64,000 nt of DNA, taken from contig CAZKCI010000013.1 in assembly GCA_964551475.1 (NCBI GenBank), positions 1,017 through 65,016 of the forward strand. The letters run 5' to 3'. This stretch comes from an uncultured bacterium (GTDB lineage Bacteria > Auribacterota > Erginobacteria > Erginobacterales > CAZKCI01). Position numbers and translations under genes: made by a program. The number at the start of each line of letters is the position of its first letter. Within the stretch, counting starts at the first letter, position 1. Below the pieces are notes generated by a model that worked only from the letters and a program-made list of their open reading frames with translations, was not told the origin of the DNA and did no database searches. Below are positions 35,117 to 43,745 of the stretch, piece by piece.

Positions 35117-35929
35117 ATGCTCGCTGAATTCTTCTATCGGGCCCCCCGCTCACGCGACGAGCTCTGGCGCCTCCTCGCCGAGACCGCCGGGAAGGGGAGG
35201 ATCATGGCCGGCGGGACCGACCTCCTGGTCGGCATCCGCGACGGCTCCTCCCGCCCGTCCCTGGTGATCGACATCAAGAAGGTTCCCGGGTTCGCCCGCC
35301 TCGCTTTCGACCCGAAGACCGGCCTCTCCATCGGCCCGGCGGTGACGATCAACGCCCTTTTGGAAGATCCGGTCGTTCCCGGGAAATTCCCCGTTCTCGC
35401 CGCGGCCGCTTCCGAGCTCGCCTCCGTGCAGCTCCGGAACCGCGCCACCGTCGTCGGAAATATCGTCAACGCCTCCCCCTGCGCCGACATGGCGCCCCCG
35501 CTTCTCTGCCTCAAGGCTTCGGCGATCATCGCCTCCGCCTCCGGAGTGCGGGAGGTCCGGCTCGCCGATTTCTTCACCGGCGTGAAGAAGACGGTGCTGA
35601 AGCCCGGCGAGCTGATGGAGCGGATCCTCATTCCGGCCGAGACGGCCGGCTGCCGGGGCGGCTTCCTGAAGCTGAAGCGGATCAAGGGGCACGACCTCGG
35701 CATCATCTCCGTCGCCCTGGTCCGCCAGGGAAAAGTCCTGCGGGTGGCGATCGGATCGGCCGCGCCCACGCCCGTCCTTCTCCCCGAACTGCCCGCGTCC
35801 GCTTCGGCGGAAGCCGTCACCCGGGAAGCCCTGAAGGCGATCAAGCCGATCGACGACGTCCGCTGCACCCGGGAGTACCGGGAGTTCATGGTGGGAGTCT
35901 TCATTAAGAGACTCCTGGAGAGAAATTAA
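35117..35929 (+). CDS. molybdo-flavoenzyme FAD-binding subunit (CoxM/XdhB/CutM family)
   Basis: FAD-binding domain of the xanthine dehydrogenase/CODH family; followed by FeS and Mo subunits. Confidence 0.85.
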   Translation: MLAEFFYRAPRSRDELWRLLAETAGKGRIMAGGTDLLVGIRDGSSRPSLVIDIKKVPGFARLAFDPKTGLSIGPAVTINALLEDPVVPGKFPVLAAAASELASVQLRNRATVVGNIVNASPCADMAPPLLCLKASAIIASASGVREVRLADFFTGVKKTVLKPGELMERILIPAETAGCRGGFLKLKRIKGHDLGIISVALVRQGKVLRVAIGSAAPTPVLLPELPASASAEAVTREALKAIKPIDDVRCTREYREFMVGVFIKRLLERN

Positions 35930-35942
35930 GCAAGCGGTTCGG

Positions 35943-36019
35943 AGGTTCAGTGGTTCACGGTTCAACGGTTGACATGCTCTTTCTAACCGTGAACCGCTGA
36001 ACCGTGAACCGTTGAACCT
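35943..36019. repeat. long imperfect hairpin built from GGTTCA/TGAACC heptamer-like repeats between FAD and FeS subunit genes
   Basis: aGGTTCAgtGGTTCAcGGTTCAacggtt-loop-aaccgTGAACCgcTGAACCgTGAACCgtTGAACCt immediately upstream of the coxS-like RBS/ATG. Confidence 0.6.
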
Positions 36020-36028
36020 GGGGATACC

Positions 36029-36517
36029 ATGATCCACGTTCAACTCAAGGTAAACGGCCAGCTCTACGTCCGGGAGACGGAGGAGAACAAGACGCTTCTC
36101 CGGTTCCTCCGCGACGACCTGGGACTCACCGGGACCAAGGAAGGCTGCGGGGCGGGGGAGTGCGGCGCCTGCACCGTCATCCTGAACGGCCGCACAGTCA
36201 ACTCCTGCCTGGTGCTGGCCGTCGAAGCGGACGGAGCGGAGGTGGAGACGGTGGAAGGCGAGGCCAGAGACGGCAAGCTCTCACCTCTCCAGAAGGCCTT
36301 CGACCGCCATCACGCCGTCCAGTGCGGCTTCTGCACTCCGGGGATGCTGATGTCCTTGAAGCATCTCCTCCGCCACAACCCCAAACCTTCGGAAGAGGAA
36401 ATCCGCCGGGCGATCGAGGGGAACTTCTGCCGCTGCACCGGCTACCAGCAGATCATCGAGGCCGTCCAGGACGTCACCGGACAGCTCAAGAAACCGGGGG
36501 AGCTCCGCCATGTTTGA
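36029..36517 (+). CDS. [2Fe-2S] subunit of molybdo-flavoenzyme (CoxS/CutS family)
   Basis: GCGAGECGACTV and CGFCTPGM cluster motifs. Confidence 0.9.
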   Translation: MIHVQLKVNGQLYVRETEENKTLLRFLRDDLGLTGTKEGCGAGECGACTVILNGRTVNSCLVLAVEADGAEVETVEGEARDGKLSPLQKAFDRHHAVQCGFCTPGMLMSLKHLLRHNPKPSEEEIRRAIEGNFCRCTGYQQIIEAVQDVTGQLKKPGELRHV

Positions 36518-38948
36518 GAACCTCGACCCGCGCGATCTGGCCGTGGTCGGCCACGGCGTCCCCCGGATCGATGCGACCGAAAAGCTGACCGGGGAGGCCC
36601 TCTACACCGGCGACCTGCGGATGCCGGGGATGCTCTCCGCCGCGGTCAAGCGCTCCCCCCACGCTCGGGCGAAGATCCTCAAGATCGACGCCTCCCGGGC
36701 GGCCAAGCTCCCGGGTGTGCGCGCCATACTGACCGGGGATGAGCTCTCCTACCGGATCGGCCTCTATGTCGTCGACAAGTACGTCCTGGCCCGCGGCGTG
36801 GTCCGCCACTACGGCGAGGCGGTGGCGGCGGTGGCGGCCGACACGCTGCTCATCGCCCGCCAGGCCGTGGAGCTGATCACGGTTGACTATGAAATCCTCC
36901 CCCCCGTCCTCGACCCGGTGGAGGCCTTCCGCAAGGACGCGCCGCTGGTCCACCCGGATCTCGGCGACTACGAGTTCGTTCGGGCCGTCTTCACGCCCGT
37001 CCCGGGGACGAACATCGCCAACCACACCAAGCTCCGCAAGGGGGACGTGGAGGCGGGATTCAAGCTTTCGCACCTGATCGTGGAGAGGGAGTACACCAAC
37101 CCCTCCGTCCAGCACGTCCCGATGGAGACCCACATCGCCATCGCCGCCTGGCAGGCGGGCGACCGGGTCACGATCTGGACCTCGGCCCAGTCCGCCTTCA
37201 CCGTCCGCAACCTCTTCTGCCACGCCTTCCAGCTCCCCCGCCACCAGGTGCGGGTGCACATCCCCTACGTCGGGGGCGGCTTCGGGGGCAAGGCGGGCGT
37301 CGGTTTGGAGCCGCTGGTCGCCTGCCTCTCCCGCAAGGCCGGGGGCCGCCCGGTCAAGCTCCAGGCCACCCGCGAGGAGGAGTTCAGCCTCCTCCCCTGC
37401 CGCTCCGGACTCACCTACCGGCTGAAGACCGGCGTGGCCAAAGACGGGAAGATCATCGCCCAGAAGATGACCATGTTCTGGGACTCCGGCGCCTACGCCG
37501 ACTACGCGGTCAACGTCACCCGGGCCTCCGGCTACTCCGCCTCCGGCCCCTACGAGATCCCCAACGCCTGGGTGGACGCCTACAGCATGTACACCAACAA
37601 GGCCTACGGGACCGCCTACCGGGGCTTCGGCCACGTCGAGTTCTCCTGGGGGGCGGAGCGGCAGATGGACCTGGTCGCCCAGGCGATCGGGATGGATCCC
37701 CTCCAGTTCCGCCTGCTCAACGCCCTGAAGCCGGGATCGATCACGCTGACCGGGGAGAAGATTCGGGAGCACACCGGCTCCGTCACCAAGTGCCTGGCCG
37801 CGGCGGCGAAAGCGGTCAACTACGGGACGCTGACCGCGGCCGAGAAGGCCCGGGAGAAGCGGACCGGGATGAAGATCGGCAAGGCGGTGGCCGCCCTCCA
37901 GAAGGCCCCGGCCATGCCCCCCTACACCGGCACCGTAGTCATCCTCAAGATGAACGAGGACGGGACGGTGATCGCGAACTTCTCGCTCACCGAGATCGGG
38001 GCCGGGACCTACACCTCGGTGGCCCAGATCATCGCCGAGCGCCTCCGCTTCCCCCTCTCCAAGCTCAAGATCGCCTTCGAGATCGACACCGACCGCGACC
38101 CCTACGACTGGCAGACCGTCGCCTCCAAGGGGCTTTTTCTCTCCGGGAACGCCGGGATCCTGGCCGCCGACGACCTGATCGCCAAGGCCTACGAGGTGGC
38201 CGGGGCGGTCTTGCGGGCCCAGCCCTGCGACCTCGACCACGACGACGAGAAGATCTTCGTCCGCCACCACCGGGAGAAGGCGGTGTCCTTCAAGGAGATC
38301 GCGGTCGGCTACGCCTTTCCGGACGGGAACGCGATCGGCGGACCCCTGGTCGGCGTCGGCCGCTACATCGCCCAGGGGCTCAGCAATCTCAACAAGGAGA
38401 CCGGGCAGGGGCTCCCCGCCCTCGACTGGACCTACGGGGCACACGGATTGATCGTCGAGGCGAACCCGAAGACCGGCGAATACAACGTGATCAAGGTCGC
38501 CTCCGCCTTCGACGTCGGCCGGGCGATCAACCCGGCCGCGGTCCGGGGCCAGGCGATCGGGGGGATGCTCCAGGGGCTCGGGACCGCGATGTGCGAGGGC
38601 TATATCTACGACAAGCAGGGCCATCTCCTGAACCCCTCCTTCACCGACAACAAAATCCCCACCTCGATGGATTTGCCCGAGGAGGTGGAGTCGATGGTGG
38701 TGGAGACGCCCCAGACCGACGGGCCCTACGGGGCGCGCGGGGTGGGCGAGCACTCGATGATCGCGGTCTGCGCCGCGCTCGGCAACGCCCTGAAGAACGC
38801 CCTCGGGATCGAGCTCACCCACATGCCGATCCGTTTCGAGGACGTCTGGCGGGCGCTGAAGAAGAAGCCGGCGATCGACAACTGGATCACCAAGACCCCC
38901 GCCGGGTCCTGCCGCTCGGCCCCGGTTCTCCAGGACGACAAGAAATAG
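36510..38948 (+). CDS. molybdopterin-binding large subunit (aldehyde oxidase/xanthine dehydrogenase/CODH family)
   Basis: 812 aa with typical MoCo-binding domain order; overlaps the FeS gene by 8 nt. Confidence 0.9.
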   Translation: MFENLDPRDLAVVGHGVPRIDATEKLTGEALYTGDLRMPGMLSAAVKRSPHARAKILKIDASRAAKLPGVRAILTGDELSYRIGLYVVDKYVLARGVVRHYGEAVAAVAADTLLIARQAVELITVDYEILPPVLDPVEAFRKDAPLVHPDLGDYEFVRAVFTPVPGTNIANHTKLRKGDVEAGFKLSHLIVEREYTNPSVQHVPMETHIAIAAWQAGDRVTIWTSAQSAFTVRNLFCHAFQLPRHQVRVHIPYVGGGFGGKAGVGLEPLVACLSRKAGGRPVKLQATREEEFSLLPCRSGLTYRLKTGVAKDGKIIAQKMTMFWDSGAYADYAVNVTRASGYSASGPYEIPNAWVDAYSMYTNKAYGTAYRGFGHVEFSWGAERQMDLVAQAIGMDPLQFRLLNALKPGSITLTGEKIREHTGSVTKCLAAAAKAVNYGTLTAAEKAREKRTGMKIGKAVAALQKAPAMPPYTGTVVILKMNEDGTVIANFSLTEIGAGTYTSVAQIIAERLRFPLSKLKIAFEIDTDRDPYDWQTVASKGLFLSGNAGILAADDLIAKAYEVAGAVLRAQPCDLDHDDEKIFVRHHREKAVSFKEIAVGYAFPDGNAIGGPLVGVGRYIAQGLSNLNKETGQGLPALDWTYGAHGLIVEANPKTGEYNVIKVASAFDVGRAINPAAVRGQAIGGMLQGLGTAMCEGYIYDKQGHLLNPSFTDNKIPTSMDLPEEVESMVVETPQTDGPYGARGVGEHSMIAVCAALGNALKNALGIELTHMPIRFEDVWRALKKKPAIDNWITKTPAGSCRSAPVLQDDKK

Positions 38949-39040
38949 ACGAGGAGTTCATACCTTTTATCGCCGGGAATCGCCCTGGCCCCCGCGGGGC
39001 GATTTTTGTTTTCGGGCCGGTGAGGAAGCGGGAGACAAAA

Positions 39041-39102
39041 GTGGGAGGGGCGTCTCGCCCCGATCCGGGTTGGCTGGGATCGCGGCGGGACGCCGCTCCC
39101 AC
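39041..39102. repeat. REP-like palindromic element copy B
   Basis: GTGGGAGGGGCGTCTCGCCCCGATCCGGGTTGGCTGGGATCGCGGCGGGACGCCGCTCCCAC. Confidence 0.7.
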
Positions 39103-39202
39103 GGGGATAACTCTACGCCCGCATTTTTGACCTTGCGGATTTCCCCGTAGCTCCGGCTTTTCTCATTGCTATCTCATTCAACCCTATCTCCAGGAGTATC
39201 CC

Positions 39203-40342
39203 ATGCCGATGTTTCTCAGCATTGTCTTAGGCCTCTATGCCCTGGCCAACTTCTATGTCTTCGCCCGGGGCTGGACGGTTCTGCCCCGGTCAGCCTTCGT
39301 CCGTCTCGCCTACGTTCTCGCTGGACTTTTTCTCATGTCCGCTTACGTGCTCGCCCGGATTATTCCCGTCGTCGCCTCCGGACTCTCCGGGATCGGCTCC
39401 TGGTGGATCGGCGCCGTCATCTACCTTCTCTTCTTCACCCTGCTGGCCGACCTGGTCATGCTCCTGAACCGCTTCGTCTCCTTCCTGCCCCCGGGGACGA
39501 AGGAGATCCGCCTGCGCCAGCGGAGGCTGGTCGCCCTCCTGATCGTCGCGGTCACACTGGCGCTGCTCGTCTACGGCGCCGATAACGCCACCGTTCTCCG
39601 TGTGACCACGGTGCCGTTAAGGATTGACCAGCCCGGCGCCGGCGTCGAACGGATCCGGCTCGCCTATCTCTCCGACCTGCACCTGGGCGAGATGCGGGGG
39701 GAGGATTTGCTGCGCCGGGTGGTGGCCCGCCTGGAGGCGCTGCGCCCCGACCTGGTGGTGCTGGGGGGGGACGTCCTGGACGTGGAGCTCGACGAGGAGA
39801 CCGCCCGGACGCTGGTCGAAGGCCTCTCCCGGCTGAAGCCTGCGCACGGCCTCTACGCCGTTCTGGGCAACCACGAATACATCTGCGGCGCCGACCGTTC
39901 CGCCGAGCTGCTCATGCGGGCGGGGGCGACCCTCCTCCGGGACGAGGTGGCGCGTCCGGTCCCCAACCTCTATCTCGCCGGCCGCGACGATCTCTCCCGG
40001 AGATGGCGGACGGGGGAGAGGAAGACACTGGCCGAAATACTCTCGGGGAGAGACGAGCGCTGTCCGCTGATCGTCGTCGACCACCAGCCGGCCCAAGCTG
40101 CGGTGGCGGAGGCGGTCCAGGCCGGCGCCGACTTGATGCTCTCCGGCCACACCCATGCCGGCCAGCTCTTCCCCTGGAACTGGGCGGTCCGGATCTTCTT
40201 CGACAAGATCTACGGGCTTTACCGGGAGGGGTCCACGGCGGTTTACGTGACCTCCGGCGCGGGGACCTGGGGGCCTCCCGTGCGGGTGGGAAACGGGCCG
40301 GAGATCGTGCTAGTGGAGATCACCTTCGGCGGGGGGAGATAG
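39203..40342 (+). CDS. membrane-anchored calcineurin-like metallophosphoesterase
   Basis: N-terminal TM helices; DLHLG, GGDVLD, GNHEY, HTHAGQ phosphoesterase motifs. Confidence 0.8.
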   Translation: MPMFLSIVLGLYALANFYVFARGWTVLPRSAFVRLAYVLAGLFLMSAYVLARIIPVVASGLSGIGSWWIGAVIYLLFFTLLADLVMLLNRFVSFLPPGTKEIRLRQRRLVALLIVAVTLALLVYGADNATVLRVTTVPLRIDQPGAGVERIRLAYLSDLHLGEMRGEDLLRRVVARLEALRPDLVVLGGDVLDVELDEETARTLVEGLSRLKPAHGLYAVLGNHEYICGADRSAELLMRAGATLLRDEVARPVPNLYLAGRDDLSRRWRTGERKTLAEILSGRDERCPLIVVDHQPAQAAVAEAVQAGADLMLSGHTHAGQLFPWNWAVRIFFDKIYGLYREGSTAVYVTSGAGTWGPPVRVGNGPEIVLVEITFGGGR

Positions 40343-40474
40343 GAGCGATGGCCAAACGGGCGGAGCGGGTTCTCAATCGTTGATCAATCGCAGAGCGCAA
40401 AGAGCATAGCGCCTGAAAACAGCCCGGCTGGGCCGCTCGCAACGCTATGCGCTTTGCTCTATGCGCTCTGCTTG

Positions 40475-40861
40475 TTACCGCCAGCGGCCGGGCGCGAAAC
40501 GCCGGTGGCGGGCGTCGTAGTGCCCCGCAACCCAGATCTGATCGGGTTTCGACGTCACCCAGCGTCCGGGGTGCCAGACCCCTTCTTCCCAGTAGCCGGC
40601 CGCCCAGGCCTTGTCCCGGGCGGGGTCTCCCACCGGCCGCCAGTGGCCGGGGATCCAGCGTCCCTGGGCGTCGGAGCGCCCCTCGATCCAGACGTAGCCG
40701 GGCGAGGCCGTCGCCCGCCAGAAACCGGGGACGACCGTGCCGTTGGGAAGGGTGTGGGGGGCCACCCACACCTGGTTCGGGGGGGCGGCGTTCCCGTCGG
40801 CCGGGACGGCCGCGAATAGGATGCCCGCTGCGAGCAGGGCGATCAGATGCCATCGGATCAT
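40475..40861 (-). CDS. secreted Trp-rich repeat protein (128 aa from MIRW start)
   Basis: Perfect AGGAGG RBS before ATG at 40861; signal peptide; repeats of G(Y/F/H)W..G.W.PG(R/H)W. Confidence 0.6.
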   Translation of the reverse strand: MIRWHLIALLAAGILFAAVPADGNAAPPNQVWVAPHTLPNGTVVPGFWRATASPGYVWIEGRSDAQGRWIPGHWRPVGDPARDKAWAAGYWEEGVWHPGRWVTSKPDQIWVAGHYDARHRRFAPGRWR

Positions 40862-41058
40862 GGTTACGCCTCCTCTGTGATTATATAACGTCTCGATCGC
40901 GGAATTGTTTAGCGAAACCGGCGAGGGCTCCGTCCCGGCCAGCCGCAATTTTATCCCAGTATATTTTTTCTTCCGCTGCTATGATCGGCCTCGGGGCATG
41001 GGCCATCATCTTTTTCGACCAGCATAAAAACTAACGCCGGGAAAAGGAAGAAAAAACA

Positions 41059-42150
41059 ATGAAGGACCCCCGACAGGAAAAGCTGGCGCGGATTCTGGCC
41101 GGATACTCGGCCGAGGTGAAGAAGGGAGACGTGGTGATGGTGGACTGGGCGGACGGAACCCCGCTCGAGTTCGTCCGGGAGATCCAGACCGCCTGCCTGG
41201 AGCGGGGGGCGAAGTATGTCCGCCTCTCCTATTCCCACAGCGATCTGGTCGCCAACTTCTTCCGCCACGCCGGCCGCGAACAGCTCGGCTACTTTCCCCA
41301 GCACGAGCTCGATTTCATGAAGACCGCCGACGCCTACATCGGGATCGGCTCGCCCTTGAACAGCCAGGCCCTCTCCGCCGTCCCGGCCAAGGTCCTCTCC
41401 GCCCGCCAGCGGCTCCTGCGCCCCATCCTCGATGAGCGCGTCAACCGCACCCGCTGGGTGATCACCCGCTATCCCACCCAGTCCCAGGCCCAGGACGCGG
41501 GGATGTCCTTCCTGGATTTCGAGGATTTCTATTTCCGGGCCTGCAACGTGGACTGGGCCAAGGAGTCGGACCGGCAGGACGCCCTGAAACGGCTGATGTC
41601 CCGGACCAAGCAGGTGCGCCTGCTCGCGCCCGACACCGACCTCTCCTTCTCGATCGCCGGGATGCCCGCGGTCAAATGCGACGGCAAGCGCAACATGCCC
41701 GACGGCGAGGTCTACACCGCCCCGGTCAAAAACTCGGCCGAGGGAAAAATTCGCTTCAACGCGCCCACCGTCTACCAGGGGAAGATCTTCGCCGGGATCG
41801 CCCTGGAGTTCAAAAAGGGGAAGATCGTCAAGGCCGCCGCCGAGCAGGGGGGGGAGCATCTCGCCGACATTCTCGACGTGGACGGCGGCGCCCGCTATGT
41901 GGGCGAGTTTTCCTTCGGCCTCAACCGCGCCATCACGCGGCCGATGCGCTCCATTCTCTTCGATGAGAAGATCGCGGGCTCCATCCATCTGGCCGCCGGG
42001 GCGGCCTACCAGGTCTGCGACAACGGCAACCGCTCCGCCATCCACTGGGACATGATCCGCCTGATGACCGACGGGGAGGTCTGGCTGGACGGGGTCCTGG
42101 TCCAGAAGGGGGGGGTCTTTCTGCTCCCCGAGCTGAAGGCGCTGAACTAG
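41059..42150 (+). CDS. M29-family (AmpS-like) aminopeptidase
   Basis: N-terminal region and length consistent with the thermophilic metalloprotease M29 family. Confidence 0.7.
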   Translation: MKDPRQEKLARILAGYSAEVKKGDVVMVDWADGTPLEFVREIQTACLERGAKYVRLSYSHSDLVANFFRHAGREQLGYFPQHELDFMKTADAYIGIGSPLNSQALSAVPAKVLSARQRLLRPILDERVNRTRWVITRYPTQSQAQDAGMSFLDFEDFYFRACNVDWAKESDRQDALKRLMSRTKQVRLLAPDTDLSFSIAGMPAVKCDGKRNMPDGEVYTAPVKNSAEGKIRFNAPTVYQGKIFAGIALEFKKGKIVKAAAEQGGEHLADILDVDGGARYVGEFSFGLNRAITRPMRSILFDEKIAGSIHLAAGAAYQVCDNGNRSAIHWDMIRLMTDGEVWLDGVLVQKGGVFLLPELKALN

Positions 42151-42155
42151 GGAAT

Positions 42156-42340
42156 GGGGTATGGTGAATGGTGAATAGTGAATGGGGAATGGATAATTGC
42201 GAATCGCGGCGAAGGATCCCGGATGAGCTGTAGGCCGCCCGATCACAGATCGGGTCTACACTGCGTCTGACCTAGACATCGTTCTCAGGAAGGACCAGTG
42301 TTTGTCCCGGCGCGGTTTCCATTCACCATTCACTATTCAC
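42156..42340. repeat. inverted (GGTGAAT)3-type repeats flanking a 130-nt spacer between convergent genes
   Basis: ggtgaatggtgaatagtgaatgg at 42163-42185 and its near-perfect reverse complement ccattcaccattcactattcacc at 42318-42340. Confidence 0.6.
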
Positions 42341-42344
42341 CACG

Positions 42345-43550
42345 TCAGCGCCGGCGGCCGCCGCGGCTTTCTTCCCCGTCGCCTTCGCACCCCGGTATGA
42401 AGTCGGCCGCGATCTCGCGGTTGACCAGGATCTCGATCGCGGTCAACAGCTCGGCCTGGTCGGGGATGACGAAGGTGAAGGCCTTGCCGGGGGCGTCCAT
42501 CCGGGCGGAGCGGCCGACCCGGTGGAGGTAGTCCTCCGGGTTCTCGGGGACGTCGTAGTTGATGACGTGGGATATCCCCGCCACGTCGATCCCCCTCCCC
42601 ATCACGTCGGTGGCGACCAGGATCGGGATCTTCTTCCGGCGGAAGTCGGCCACCGCCTGGTCCCGCTGGTTCTGGGGGAGCCCCCCGTGGATGTAGAGGG
42701 CGTGCCAGCCCCGCTTCTGGAGATGCTGTCCCAGGCGCTCCGCCCCCCGCTTGGTCCGGGTGAAGATCAGGGCCAGCTCGGGCTTGTCCCGCTCCAGGAG
42801 CTTGACGAGGAGGGTGAGCTTCCGGTTGGGGGCGACGGCGAAATAACGCTGGTCCAGCGTCCCCACCGAGGGATCATCGTCCGAGACCACCGAGATCCCG
42901 ATCGGGTCGTGGAGGAAGCGGTTGGCCATGCGCATGATTTCTTCGGGGAGGGTGGCGGAGAGGAAGAGGGTCTGCTTGCGGCCGGCGCAGCGGTTCAGGA
43001 TCTCGCGGATGTCCTTGCGGAAGCCCATGTCGAACATCCGGTCCACCTCGTCGAGGACGACGATGGAGAAGGAGGAGAGGTCGATCACCCGGCGCTGGCT
43101 CAGGTCGAGCAGCCGCCCGGGTGTCGCGGCCACGATCTCGGGCTGGCCGCGGAGCTTTGCGGTCTGGGCCTCGATGGACTTGCCCCCGACCACGGCGACC
43201 GCCCGGGGCCGCTCTTCACCGGCGAGCCGGGCGGCCTCGGCGACGATCTGCTCGGTCAGCTCGCGGGTGGGGGCGAGGATGAGGGCGCGGATCTTCTCGC
43301 CCCGGAAGAAATGCTCGAAGATGGGGAGGAGGAAGGCGGCGGTCTTTCCCGTGCCGGTCTTGGCCCGCCCCACGCAGTCGCGGGCGGTCAGGGCGGCCGG
43401 GATGAACTGGACCTGGATCTCGGTCGGACAAGAGAAGCCGATCCGGTTCACCGCCGCGATCGCCCGCGGGCTGAGGCCCAGACGGATGAAGGAATCCGCC
43501 CCGGCGGGAGCGGCCGGGGCGGGGATATGAACGGTAGTTTTTTCTGTCAT
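42345..43550 (-). CDS. DEAD-box ATP-dependent RNA helicase
   Basis: AKTGTGKT, DEVD, SAT, HRVGRSAR motifs. Confidence 0.9.
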   Translation of the reverse strand: MTEKTTVHIPAPAAPAGADSFIRLGLSPRAIAAVNRIGFSCPTEIQVQFIPAALTARDCVGRAKTGTGKTAAFLLPIFEHFFRGEKIRALILAPTRELTEQIVAEAARLAGEERPRAVAVVGGKSIEAQTAKLRGQPEIVAATPGRLLDLSQRRVIDLSSFSIVVLDEVDRMFDMGFRKDIREILNRCAGRKQTLFLSATLPEEIMRMANRFLHDPIGISVVSDDDPSVGTLDQRYFAVAPNRKLTLLVKLLERDKPELALIFTRTKRGAERLGQHLQKRGWHALYIHGGLPQNQRDQAVADFRRKKIPILVATDVMGRGIDVAGISHVINYDVPENPEDYLHRVGRSARMDAPGKAFTFVIPDQAELLTAIEILVNREIAADFIPGCEGDGEESRGGRRR

Positions 43551-43745
43551 GGGCGCATTATATCACCGAAATCCCCGAAAACCGTCGGTTTTCGGGGATT
43601 TCGAGCATGCCACTGCGGCGATAATGATCCCGTAGCTATTCCGTTTTGGCGTGCGGGGCATCCAGTCCCTGGCGTCCATCCTGCCCGGTTCTCGCTCCCC
43701 TTGTTGAAAATCGGTGAGAAGGTATATACTAAATATGGCTATTGG

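Noticed and set aside
36486-38822. 778-aa minus-strand ORF antisense to the molybdoenzyme large subunit; also 37790-39130 plus-strand alternate frame
   Set aside because: Arg/Gly/Pro-rich nonsense translation. The sense frame has clear xanthine dehydrogenase family motifs.
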